A DNA stretch of 64,000 bases, taken from contig CAWGMQ010000007.1 of assembly GCA_963823665.1 (NCBI GenBank), forward strand, positions 992,001 to 1,056,000. Direction: 5' to 3'. The stretch is from an uncultured Planctomycetota bacterium. Its GTDB lineage: Bacteria > Planctomycetota > Planctomycetia > Isosphaerales > Isosphaeraceae. The position numbers and the translations under genes are program-made. The stretch's first letter is position 1; the number at the start of each line of letters is the position of its first letter. Positions 1 through 9,370 of the stretch are shown piece by piece. The notes below the pieces were generated by a model that saw nothing but the letters and a program-made list of their open reading frames with translations, was not told the origin of the DNA and ran no database searches.

Positions 1-35
1 TACATGGGAGTGCAGCTTCAGCGGCGCGGGATGTA

Positions 36-59
36 GGGAAAAGGTTCCTGACACCTTTT
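36..59. repeat. Short imperfect palindrome (REP-like) GGGAAAAGGTTCCTGACACCTTTT, copy 1
   Basis: 24-bp exact match to 3457-3480. Contains an AAAAGGT..ACCTTTT inverted repeat and abuts the stop codon of the minus-strand cbrC-like gene. Confidence 0.75.
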
Positions 60-605
60 TCAGTGGCAGTCCGAATAGCCGCCCAATTTTCCGCAGTGGC
101 GGCAGCGAAAGATGTATGCCGTCGGGCCATGATCCCGGTGCAGCGCCTGGAAATAGGAATCCCATTCCTCCCCGTCGTAGCCGCACTCCTCGTGGATTGC
201 GGCGGTCGCCGCGGCACCGAGGGCTTCGAGCTCCGGTTTACCGACGATTGCCAGGAACTCGGCGGCATCGCCGCAGTGGGTGAACCAACGCTCCTGTTGC
301 CACCCGGTGAAGCCTGGCGTGCGATAGGCGACCTCTTCCACCACCGTGCGCGGCACCTTTTCCCAGACTCCATAGCCGCCGACACCGCTCGCATCGGCGA
401 ATTCAACGCCAAGCTTCTCGTGGGCCGTCCCGTCGGCGATGCACCATGGGCAGATTGCCTCACCGTAATCTTCCTCGCCGCCATAAACGGGGCCGGTGTA
501 GATGAGGCCGCGGGCCCGACCGCATCCCTTACAGGTGGCTTCCGATGGCTTGACGCTGCCTGTGGCGATCGGGTCGGGATGGTAGCGGAATGAAGGTGAT
601 GTCAT
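60..605 (-). CDS. CbrC/UPF0167 family protein
   Basis: FRYHPDP N-terminus, CKGC, CPWCIADG, WQQERWFTHCGD and YIFRCRHCG motifs typical of the family. Start placed at MTSPSF. Confidence 0.85.
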   Translation of the reverse strand: MTSPSFRYHPDPIATGSVKPSEATCKGCGRARGLIYTGPVYGGEEDYGEAICPWCIADGTAHEKLGVEFADASGVGGYGVWEKVPRTVVEEVAYRTPGFTGWQQERWFTHCGDAAEFLAIVGKPELEALGAAATAAIHEECGYDGEEWDSYFQALHRDHGPTAYIFRCRHCGKLGGYSDCH

Positions 606-774
606 GGTGGAGTGCCCCGGAAGAAGGGGGTCGGAAATTGGTGATGCAGTCAGGCAGCGGCGAGCCCTCGACACTTTGATATAATGTGCCCGCACTAACG
701 GACGCAAGCGGCGACTGTCCCGTTCTGGGCTATCCCGGCCGAGCGTGGGTGCGTTTAAAGGCTCGAAGGACACA

Positions 775-3384
775 ATGACCATTTCGCCCACGCCAGCCGG
801 CCCGCCGCGGTTTCTGCCTGTGCTGCTCTTACTTTTTGTGGGCAGCGGCTGCGCGGCGCTGATTTACGAGGTGGTGTGGCTGCAAGTCTTGCAGCTCGTG
901 ATCGGGTCGACGGCGATCTCGCTCGGGGTGTTGCTGGGGACGTTCATGGGCGGCATGTGCGCCGGGAGTCTGCTGTTGCCTCGCGTCGTTTCGGCGCGGC
1001 GGCATCCGTTGCGGGTTTACGCGGTTCTTGAGCTGGGGATCGGTGTCATCGGGCTGGCGGTGTTGTTCGGGATGCCGCACGTCGAGGCGGTGTACTCGCG
1101 GTATGCGGGGCACGGGATGGCGGGAATCTTGCTGCGCGGGGCGGTGGCCGGGGTGTGCTTGCTGCCACCGACGCTTTTGATGGGTGCGACGCTGCCGGCG
1201 ATCGCGCGGTGGGTCGAGACCACGCCTGTCGGGGTGTCATGGCTGGGGTTCTTCTACGGGGGCAACATCGCCGGGGCCGTGATCGGCTGCCTGGTCGCCG
1301 GGTTTTACCTGCTGAGGGTGTGGGACATCGCGGTGGCGAGCTACGTCGCGGTGGCGCTCAACGTGCTCGTCGCGGTGGTTGCGCTGGCGCTGGCGGGTGG
1401 TCCGGCGCGATACGAAGCGGCGGCAAACGCGGCAAGGGGATTGAGCGCGGGGCACACCGGTGGCACGCGGGCGGTGTATCTGGCGATTGCACTCTCGGGG
1501 ATGTCGGCGCTGGGGGCCGAGGTTGTGTGGACGCGACTGCTTTCGCTGTTGCTCGGCGGAACGGTGTATACGTTTTCGCTCATCCTGGCCGTCTTTCTGA
1601 TCGGCCTGGGGATCGGCAGCAGCCTCGGGGCAGGTCTGTCGGGGCGGATCGCGTCGCCGCGGATGGCACTGGGCGTCTGCCAATGGCTCTTGACCGCGGC
1701 GATTGCCTGGACGGCGCTGATGATGTCGGAGTCGCTGCCGTACTGGCCGATCGTCCCGGCGCTTTCGGCGAGCCCGTGGTATACGTTTCAGATCGACCTG
1801 GTGCGCTGCCTCTGGGCGGTGCTGCCGCCGGCGTGCCTGTGGGGGGCGAGCTTCCCGCTGGCGCTGGCGGCGGTGGCTGTGCGCGGGCAGGACCCGGGGC
1901 GGCTGGTGGGAGGAGTGTATGCGGCCAACACGATCGGCGCCATCGGTGGTGCGCTCGCTTTCAGCCTGCTGGTCGTTCCCGCACTCGGCACGGCGGGGGC
2001 AGAGCGCGTGCTGATCGGCGTTGCTGCGCTCGCGGCACTGGCGGCTTGCTTGCCGCTGTTGCGCACGGCGGGGGACGGCGTGCGCGCGCGCGTGCCCGGT
2101 GCGGCGGCGGTGGGGCTCGTGGCGATGACGGCGGCGGCGGGCGGTCTGGCCTGGAGGGTGACGCCGGTGCCGTGGCCGGTCGTGGCGTTCGGCCGGCAGT
2201 CGGCGAGCTGGCTCCAACGAGCGGGCGCCGGAATCGTGAAGGACGTACCGAGCGAGCCGGGCAAGGCGGAGATCTTTTGCAACTACGTCGGCGAGGGGAT
2301 GAACGACTCGGTCGCCGTCACGCTGAACAAGGATGGCGTGCGCAGCTTCCACGCTGCCGGCAAGATCCAGGCGTCGACTTTGCAGTACGACATGCGGGTG
2401 CAGCGGATGCTGGGACACATCCCTGCGCTCGTGCACAAGAAGCCCAAGTCAGTGCTGGTCGTTGCCTGCGGCGCGGGAGTCAGCGCCGGTTCATTCCTGT
2501 TGCATCCTGATGTCGAGCGCGTGGCGATCTGCGATATCGAGCCGCTGGTGCCGAAGCGGGCGACGCCGCTCTTCGGCGAGGAGAATTACCACGTCGTCGA
2601 CGGCATCGCGCGAGAGAACCCCCACACGGTGAGCGGCAAGCAGGTCGAGGTATTCTACGACGACGGCCGGCACTTCCTGCGCACGACACAGGAGAAATTT
2701 GACATCATCTCTTCAGACCCGGTCGACCCGTGGGTCAAGGGATGCTCCGCGCTCAATACCGTGGAGTATTACCAGATGTGCCGAGATCACCTGAAACCGG
2801 GCGGGAACATGTGTGTCTGGATCCCGCTCAACCAGAGCAACCTGGCGACGACGAAGAGCGTGATCGCCACGTTTTTCCAGGTGTTCCCGCACGGCACGTT
2901 GTGGAGCAACGAGCGCGAAGGGGAAGGCTACGACGCCGTCCTTTTCGGCGAGCTGGAGCCGACGGTGATCGACGTCGACCTGCTGCAGCAGAGGCTGGAT
3001 CGTCCCGATCACAAGCTGGTGAAGCAGTCGCTTCGGGAGGTGGGCTTCGGGGAGTTGAGGACAGAGACGGACGGCATGGTGGTCGAACCGGAGGAGGGGA
3101 TTGACCTGCTGGCGACGTACATCGGCCAGGCGCCCTTGATGACGGAGTGGTCGCGGGGGGCACAGATCAACAGCGACCGGACGCTGCGGCTGCAATACAT
3201 GGCCGGGTTGTGGCTGAATTCGTACATCGGGGAGCGGATCCTGGCGAGCATTCTGGCGGATTACCGCTTCCCCGACCAGACATTCGTCGGCCCGAAGGAG
3301 AAGCTCGACGAACTGAAGCAGCACCTGGACCGCAGGAATCGGTGGTTTCAGGAGTTTTTTGCGAACAAGGAATCTGGCGAGTGA
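775..3384 (+). CDS. Fused multi-TM (MFS-like) / spermidine synthase-like SAM-dependent protein
   Basis: N-terminal SGCAALIYEVVW and PPTLLMGATLP transmembrane repeats. C-terminal VVACGAGVSAG, DIEP, DDGRHFL and FDIISSDP motifs. Confidence 0.85.
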   Translation: MTISPTPAGPPRFLPVLLLLFVGSGCAALIYEVVWLQVLQLVIGSTAISLGVLLGTFMGGMCAGSLLLPRVVSARRHPLRVYAVLELGIGVIGLAVLFGMPHVEAVYSRYAGHGMAGILLRGAVAGVCLLPPTLLMGATLPAIARWVETTPVGVSWLGFFYGGNIAGAVIGCLVAGFYLLRVWDIAVASYVAVALNVLVAVVALALAGGPARYEAAANAARGLSAGHTGGTRAVYLAIALSGMSALGAEVVWTRLLSLLLGGTVYTFSLILAVFLIGLGIGSSLGAGLSGRIASPRMALGVCQWLLTAAIAWTALMMSESLPYWPIVPALSASPWYTFQIDLVRCLWAVLPPACLWGASFPLALAAVAVRGQDPGRLVGGVYAANTIGAIGGALAFSLLVVPALGTAGAERVLIGVAALAALAACLPLLRTAGDGVRARVPGAAAVGLVAMTAAAGGLAWRVTPVPWPVVAFGRQSASWLQRAGAGIVKDVPSEPGKAEIFCNYVGEGMNDSVAVTLNKDGVRSFHAAGKIQASTLQYDMRVQRMLGHIPALVHKKPKSVLVVACGAGVSAGSFLLHPDVERVAICDIEPLVPKRATPLFGEENYHVVDGIARENPHTVSGKQVEVFYDDGRHFLRTTQEKFDIISSDPVDPWVKGCSALNTVEYYQMCRDHLKPGGNMCVWIPLNQSNLATTKSVIATFFQVFPHGTLWSNEREGEGYDAVLFGELEPTVIDVDLLQQRLDRPDHKLVKQSLREVGFGELRTETDGMVVEPEEGIDLLATYIGQAPLMTEWSRGAQINSDRTLRLQYMAGLWLNSYIGERILASILADYRFPDQTFVGPKEKLDELKQHLDRRNRWFQEFFANKESGE

Positions 3385-3425
3385 CGCGCGCGCGCTTGAG
3401 GTGCGCTGGAGTCGCTATCGGAGGG

Positions 3426-3480
3426 GCGGGCGGCACACGGAGTGTGCCTGATACAGGGGAAAAGGTTCCTGACACCTTTT
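3426..3480. repeat. Two adjacent REP-like palindromes between convergent genes
   Basis: GCGGGCGGCACACGGAGTGTGCCTG (3426-3450) is identical to 31111-31135. 3457-3480 is identical to 36-59. Confidence 0.75.
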
Positions 3481-3481
3481 C

Positions 3482-3715
3482 TCACTCGAGCGGCCGGTTT
3501 GCCAAGTCCCCGATGACTTGGGAGACCCCCTCATGATCGAATACGGAAGGGATGCCCCCCGGACCGACGAAAGTGCCCACTCCGTCCCGCACGGCGATCG
3601 CATCCGGATGATCCACCTCGAGCCGCTCGCCATTGACCAGCGCCAACGTAAACGGGCGGAACGGTGCCTGGTGCTTGAACATGCGAATCGTGGCATCGAA
3701 GGTATCGGGATCCAT
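3482..3715 (-). CDS. Small conserved hypothetical protein (77 aa)
   Basis: PFRPFTLALVNGERLEVDHPD pattern resembles a common small Planctomycete protein. GAG-containing RBS-like sequence upstream. Confidence 0.65.
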   Translation of the reverse strand: MDPDTFDATIRMFKHQAPFRPFTLALVNGERLEVDHPDAIAVRDGVGTFVGPGGIPSVFDHEGVSQVIGDLANRPLE

Positions 3716-3827
3716 GCTGAGGTCTCCGGGTATTCGTCGGATGATCTATTGTATCGTAGCCGCGTTGAGTCGACGGGGCAATTGACCGTAGACGATCTCG
3801 TCGGATCTTCGCCACAGCCGGCTGGGC

Positions 3828-6800
3828 TCATTTCCCATTTGTGAGGGCTTGGTCGATTGCTTCGGCGAAGAGGAACTCCTGGATGCGCCAGACCTGCTCG
3901 AAGAGCTTTTCTTCGGGTTGTTTTTCGTTCGGGGGCCAGGCGATGGAGAGGGAACGGGCGGCGCGTTCCATCATTTTCATGCCGTCTTCTGCGGACGGTT
4001 CCCGGCTGCTCCACGCGACCCGGCCGTCGCGGGCGATCAAGACCAGCGTGGGATAGCCGGTGACTCCGTACTGTTTCGCGGTTTCATCCTCGCCTGCGTC
4101 GACGGCCGTGGGGAGGTTGAATTTGATGTGCTCCAGGAAGTTTCGCACGTCGACCAAATCCGTGCCCGCGGTGTGGATGCCGATGAACACGACGTCGCGG
4201 TCTTTGTACCTGGCTTCGAGGTTCTTGATGGCCGGCATGGCGTATCCGCAGGGGCCGGACCAGATCCCCCAGAAATTGAGGGCCACAACCTTGCCCTTGT
4301 AATCAGCGAGCGACCTGGACTTGCCGTCGGACCATTCCTTCACCGAGAGGGGTGGGGCCGGTTTTCCGCGCAGGCTCGGGGGGTTAACGTTGGCGCGGCG
4401 GTCGCGGGCGGAGGTGTCGAGACCGGGTTCTGCTGGGGGATCGGAGTTAGACGGACGGTGAGTGGGTTTGTTCCATCGCCGGCGAACGCGGTGGTATTCG
4501 CGTAGGAGTCGCCGTAGGAGACGTACAGCTCGGTGGCGCCGGCGGGCAGATTCCGGATCTCGCACTCGCCGCGCTCGTCCGTCATCGCGATCTGGGAGCT
4601 GGAAGCCCATGACCTCGACGGATCAACCCAGGCGCCGCGGGCGGGCTTGCCGCTCGGATCGAGAACGCGCACGCGGATGGATTTTCCAGGCAGCAACACA
4701 ATGCGGCCGAAATCAATGGGAACGCTGGGATCATCCGGGCGCGCGATCGGCCGGGTGTCGACTCCGCCAAATCCCTCCTTGATCACGGCGAGCCGGAGTT
4801 TCGTGCCGGGCTCGGCGGCGGTGCGAATCCAGTGGTCACGCAGGGAGAACCGGCCGTCAGCGGCGGTGAGGCCGGTCGTGACGATCGAGTTCGCGACAAG
4901 GCCGACGCGGGCGCCGGGTACGGGTTGACCTTTTTCATCGACGACGGTTCCACGGACATCGCCGATCTTGGCCGGGTTAACCGGCTTCAAGTCGACGTCG
5001 ACGAGTAACTCGCCTTGATCCAGCCACGCCCGCGCATGGCGCAGGGTTGCGACCTTTCCCTGGGCGTCGGTGATGCGGTACGTCGAGGCCTGTTGCTCTG
5101 GAGCGACCTGGCGAATCTGGTCGATGCGGCGGATCTGGTCGATGCGGAAACCGGCCTCGATCGAGAGTGTTGCCGGTTCCGGCCGCGACTCCCACTTGCC
5201 GGTCGGTTCCCAGAACTCAACCACGACGAGCCGGAATTCGCCGTGAAAACCCGGTAGCGTGACTCGCGCAATTCCGACCGAGTCGGTGTCGCACCAGGAC
5301 ATTGTCCGCGGTTTGGGATCCAAACGCGTCGCGATGCACTGGATGCCGGGGATGCGCTTGCCCGTGGGGAATTCGAAAGCGCGCAGCCGCAGCGGCGTAC
5401 CCCGGCGCACCGAGAAGTCCTTCGTGAAAACGGGCGACTCGGGGGATGTGACGAGATTACTGGCGGCGCCTCCTTCGGACCAGTATCCCGGCGGCGCATC
5501 GAACCGGCCGACGCTGACACTTCCGAAGGGCACGTCGATCGAATAATGGCCGTTCGCGTCCGTCTGCCCGGTGACCGCGTCGTGATAGATGCTCAGGCCT
5601 TTGGAGGTCTTGCCGAGCATGAACCGGACGGTCGCACCGCTGACGGGCTCATCGGTTCCGCTCACGGTGACGGTGCCAACGATCTTTCCTTGCGCCACGG
5701 CCGCGGCTTGTGCTTGGCCGGGCTTGTTCTGTGGTGGCGATGCGGAAGGGGGCCGAGCGTGGACCGCCTGGACGGACGGCGCGACGGAGGGAAGCAACAC
5801 GATGGCAACTGCCGCGAGCGCGAGTGCAGCCCAGGGTGAAACCTGGCGAGGCAGGCGGCCCTCGAGCACGGCTTCGATCCGCCCTTTGAGGACGCCGCGA
5901 TTATTGAGGAAGGGGCTGGCGAGTGCCGGTGCCCGGCGGTGCGCTCGAGAGGCAAGTGTGGCCGCTTTGAACAGAGCTTCGGCGTAGCATTTCTTGCTGT
6001 CGGGAAAGGCCCAGGCGACCCAGGCATCACAGCACAATTCTTCGAACTCGTGCAGCTTGCGGCGGACGCTCCAGACCAGCGGGTTCCACCAGTAGATCAA
6101 CGAGATCACGAGCTCGAACCCGCGGACCCAATGATCGCGCCGCTTCAGATGGGCCAATTCGTGCGCGAGCACCATTGATGTTTGTTGTTCGTCAAGCTGG
6201 CTCGAGAGCCTCGCGGGCAAGGCGATGATTGGCCGAGGACCGACACACCAGACCATGGGGATGTCGACGCCATCGACGAGTCGAAGATCGGGTACGCGAC
6301 GGAGGCCAAGCTTCCTGGCAAGGTTGGCGGCGATGGTTTGCAGCCGCTGTGGGGCCGCCAAGGTTTGCAGGATCATGCGATTGAAACGGATGATGCGCCA
6401 GAGAGCGATCGCTGCGCAGAAGCCGAGGCCGGCGATCCAGGCGATGAATACCGCGATGATCGCTTCGTTTGTGCGCCGGCGGATGAAATTGAGTGATGTT
6501 GTATACATAGTTATGAATGTTGTAGGCCGAGTGCCCGTAGACGATGGTGCGTCGGGTTTGTCTTTGTCGTTCACGATGAGTTTGTCTGTTCCTCCGCCGC
6601 GGGGAACGGAACCTGGGAGAGACGCGAACGCTGTATGGGAGTCGGCGCCAGGGAAACTGCTTTCTCGCGCCAGGTCTGGACCGCTGCCGCGGGCCTCGAT
6701 CGTGGGGTGGCGGGCGAGAAGGCCTGTGACATCGACCTGGAGTATCGGCGGGCCGATCAGCTTGGCGAGCACGAGGAGCCACAGAATGTGGGCTACGGGT

Positions 6801-6895
6801 GGGCGTCGCCAGAGGCGCGTGAGGCCAAAGACCAGGATGCCCAGGATGCCGGCGACGATCGTGTTCTGTGCGGCAATCGCGAGGAGTTCATTCAT
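3828..6895 (-). CDS. BlaR1/M56 family metallopeptidase with carboxypeptidase-regulatory-like repeats and C-terminal TlpA-like thioredoxin domain (one frameshift at ~4380)
   Basis: AHELAH (HExxH), WWNPLVW and EELCCD motifs; repeated GTV..PVxGAxV/TDANGHY modules. One extra base in the G6 run at 4378-4383 joins it to GKPAP..GKVVALNFWGIWSGPC..YGVTGYPT. Start overlaps the BlaI stop. Confidence 0.8.
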
Positions 6896-7289
6896 GGGTG
6901 GGCTCCGGTCGCTTCGCGTAGTTGTCGAGGATTCTGCGGATTTCGGCCGCTTCTTGCGTCGTGAGCCGTTTTTCTTCGACCAGGTGCATGATGAGAGGGG
7001 CGATTGATCCATCGCCCAGTCGATCGGCCAAGGCCGACAGTTCGCTGCCGACGACGCTCGCCTGGGACACAGCCGCGGAGAACATGTGGACTGCGGAACT
7101 TCGGTCACGCGCGACGAGACCCTTGCGCTCGAGGCGCTGGAGGAACGAATGCACCGAGGCGAATTCCGATTCCGCACCGCCGGGGTAGATCGCCTCGGTG
7201 AGCGCCCTCGCCGTCTGGGGCCCGTTCTGCCACAGGGCTTTTAACACCGCCAACTCGGCGTCGGTGACGGTTTGAGGACGCTTGCTCAC
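6888..7289 (-). CDS. BlaI/MecI/CopY family transcriptional repressor
   Basis: TDAELAVLKALW..SVHSFLQRLERKGLV winged helix, directly upstream of the M56 gene. GTG start after a G-rich RBS. Confidence 0.88.
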   Translation of the reverse strand: MSKRPQTVTDAELAVLKALWQNGPQTARALTEAIYPGGAESEFASVHSFLQRLERKGLVARDRSSAVHMFSAAVSQASVVGSELSALADRLGDGSIAPLIMHLVEEKRLTTQEAAEIRRILDNYAKRPEPTHE

Positions 7290-7319
7290 TTTGAAAACCC
7301 CCCGTTCAGTTCCTTGCGC

Positions 7320-7365
7320 AGGCATCACGCCTATTCACCATAGGTGGTATGCCTATGCGCGTCAA
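7320..7365 (-). promoter_or_regulatory. Sigma70-type promoter overlapped by palindromic BlaI operator candidates
   Basis: Minus strand TTGACG-17 nt-TATGGT. Palindromes CATAGG-N7-CCTATG (7339-7357) and AGGC-N5-GCCT (7320-7332). Confidence 0.6.
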
Positions 7366-7641
7366 GTGAGCGGTGCGGCATCTGAATCGATTTTTCGCGT
7401 AGTTTGTGCGCAGGCGGGTTTCCGGTTGCGCGGGATGTGCGGATCACACAGTCGTGATAATCTCGGTCAACTTTCTGAAAGCGGTGATTTGAACCTTATA
7501 TTGCTGAGTGAACGGGGAAGAGCCCTTGATAAGAGAGGCCACCCTCCCTAATTACACACCATTTTCACGTTTCTGAATAGTCGGTCGATTGCGGGCGGAG
7601 TTACTGGACGCTCGCGCGACGGAGAGGTTTATGGTGATGCG

Positions 7642-8964
7642 ATGAGTGAGCAGCAGGGTGGGACGGTTGTCGGAATGAACGATCAGCGAGCTTCGACTGG
7701 CAATGCCTCGCGGTTTAATGCAATCAAGCATGGGCTCACGGCGAAGACGCCGGTTTTGCCGGGGGAGGATCCGGCGGAGCTTCAGGCGAAGATTGATGCG
7801 TATAGAACGGGTCATAAGACTCGAAATGAAGCCGAGGGAGATCTGGCCAAGCTGGCGGCGATGGCTTACTGGCGGGCCATGCGGGCTAACCGTTTAGAAG
7901 TTTTTCGCGTGACCGGCGACATGGTGAGGCGATCGCGAGCGGAGGCGCTTCGCGAGGCAGACGCGGTGATCGCGCTCGGGGAGCGCTTGCTCTTTGACCG
8001 TCGCGGACCGGAGCAGCTCTATCCGTCGCGGGACTATGAGCACAAGGAGCCGCGGACCTCGTGGTCGGGGGAAGCCGATGACCCGGATAAACCGGGCAGG
8101 CTGGTCCTTCAGCTCGAGGCTACCCGCGCCGGCCGACGCTGGCTGCGGGAGCGGCTGGGCGAGGTGCGGAAGCCGATCGACTCGGGAGAGGGCTGGGTGT
8201 CGTGCCAGAAATTCATGGCTCTCCGGTTGCCGGGAAAGCAGCCGCTCGATGCGCTCTTCGATCGAGAGGCCGCCTTGGTGTTCCTTGCGAGCCATGCCAT
8301 CAGGCCGGCCTTCAAGTCCGCCTTCCGCGAGCTCCGGTGCGAGATCCACTATGATCGGGTGAAGTTCCATGAGGGCCAGCTTACGCGCCCGGAGTTACGC
8401 GCGATCACGCCGTCCGATGCAGGGGCAGGACTGGCTGTGCTGCTTGCGATCATCGACAAGGCCATCGAGCGCCTGTGGAGGCTCGAAGCCGAGAACGCGG
8501 AAGCTGACGAGATTCTCGAGCTGGCCGAACTGATCGTGGGGACGGGGGCGACCCTTCGGGTGCCCGAGACCCGGGCCGAACTCGCGTGGGTGAAGAGGAG
8601 ACCTACGGTCGGGCGGACGGCGGGGTCGGAGACCCGCGCCGAACTCAGAGTGTGGACGGCGGCGACCCTTCCGGTGCCCGAGACCCGCGCCGAACTGGTA
8701 GCGGGGACGGGGGCGAGCCTTCAGGTGCCCGAGAGCCCAAGCGCGAGAGACGACGGCGGCGGCGGCGGGAGGTGGCGAAGAAGGAGATCGAGCGCAGGGG
8801 CGGGGCGAGCAAGATGGGACGCAACGTGCCGAGCGATGCGGTGCTTGACAGCATTGAGTGGATCATGCCGAACTCTGTTGCGTTTCTTCGGAAGCACTCG
8901 AAGCGGTCGCCATGATGGTGTCTGCTTGTTGGCGGGTCGAGAGAAGTCTCTGCATGATTTCTGA
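7642..8964 (+). CDS. Hypothetical protein of the 'NAxKHGL' Planctomycete type; 3' part built from repeats, true end uncertain
   Basis: SRFNAIKHGLTAKTPVLPGEDPAE motif. After ~8530 the frame runs through REP-like repeats (ETRAEL x3). Confidence 0.55.
   Translation: MSEQQGGTVVGMNDQRASTGNASRFNAIKHGLTAKTPVLPGEDPAELQAKIDAYRTGHKTRNEAEGDLAKLAAMAYWRAMRANRLEVFRVTGDMVRRSRAEALREADAVIALGERLLFDRRGPEQLYPSRDYEHKEPRTSWSGEADDPDKPGRLVLQLEATRAGRRWLRERLGEVRKPIDSGEGWVSCQKFMALRLPGKQPLDALFDREAALVFLASHAIRPAFKSAFRELRCEIHYDRVKFHEGQLTRPELRAITPSDAGAGLAVLLAIIDKAIERLWRLEAENAEADEILELAELIVGTGATLRVPETRAELAWVKRRPTVGRTAGSETRAELRVWTAATLPVPETRAELVAGTGASLQVPESPSARDDGGGGGRWRRRRSSAGAGRARWDATCRAMRCLTALSGSCRTLLRFFGSTRSGRHDGVCLLAGREKSLHDF
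8536..8738 (+). repeat. Cluster of GAGACCCGCGCCGAAC-type repeats
   Basis: Three to four related units. 8618-8644 is the exact 27-bp reverse complement of 63854-63880. Confidence 0.75.
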
Positions 8965-9370
8965 GCAGCTTCGGCCCTAACTGATGCATTGTGTCGCTTG
9001 ATTTCTGATATGGGGGCAGGCTTTGGGGAACGGTATCGAATTTGCCGTTGCTAACGCATTGGGAATTAGTGTCCAATGATTGGGAAGGCGCGATCTGGAA
9101 GTCCATGAATTGGCCGTGTGACCGTGTTCTCTACTTGCTTGCCGGCATCGAGACAAAAGCAAGCGGCACCCGTCGCGCCGATCTCCGGCAGGTTGTCTGC
9201 CGTGATTCCAGGAAGGGAGCCCAAACAGCTTGGCACTTCTGAACCGATCGCGGGGTTCGAGCGCGCTTCCGAGCGACCTGGTTGAATTCGCCGCGAAACG
9301 CTGGGGCGGGTGCGAGAACAAGACGAGCTTGTTCGGGTCGGGTGGCAACGCGCGCCGGGTGCGCGTTCCG

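Noticed and set aside
4240..4270. Selenocysteine at the TlpA active site
   Set aside because: The codon is TCC (and GCA in the second TlpA), not TGA.
4340..7177. 945-aa ORF with a long N-terminal extension
   Set aside because: The first 94 codons overlap blaI in another frame. The real start is ATG 6895.
8536..8738. Possible CRISPR-like repeat-spacer array
   Set aside because: Units are degenerate, irregularly spaced and match a dispersed repeat at 63854.
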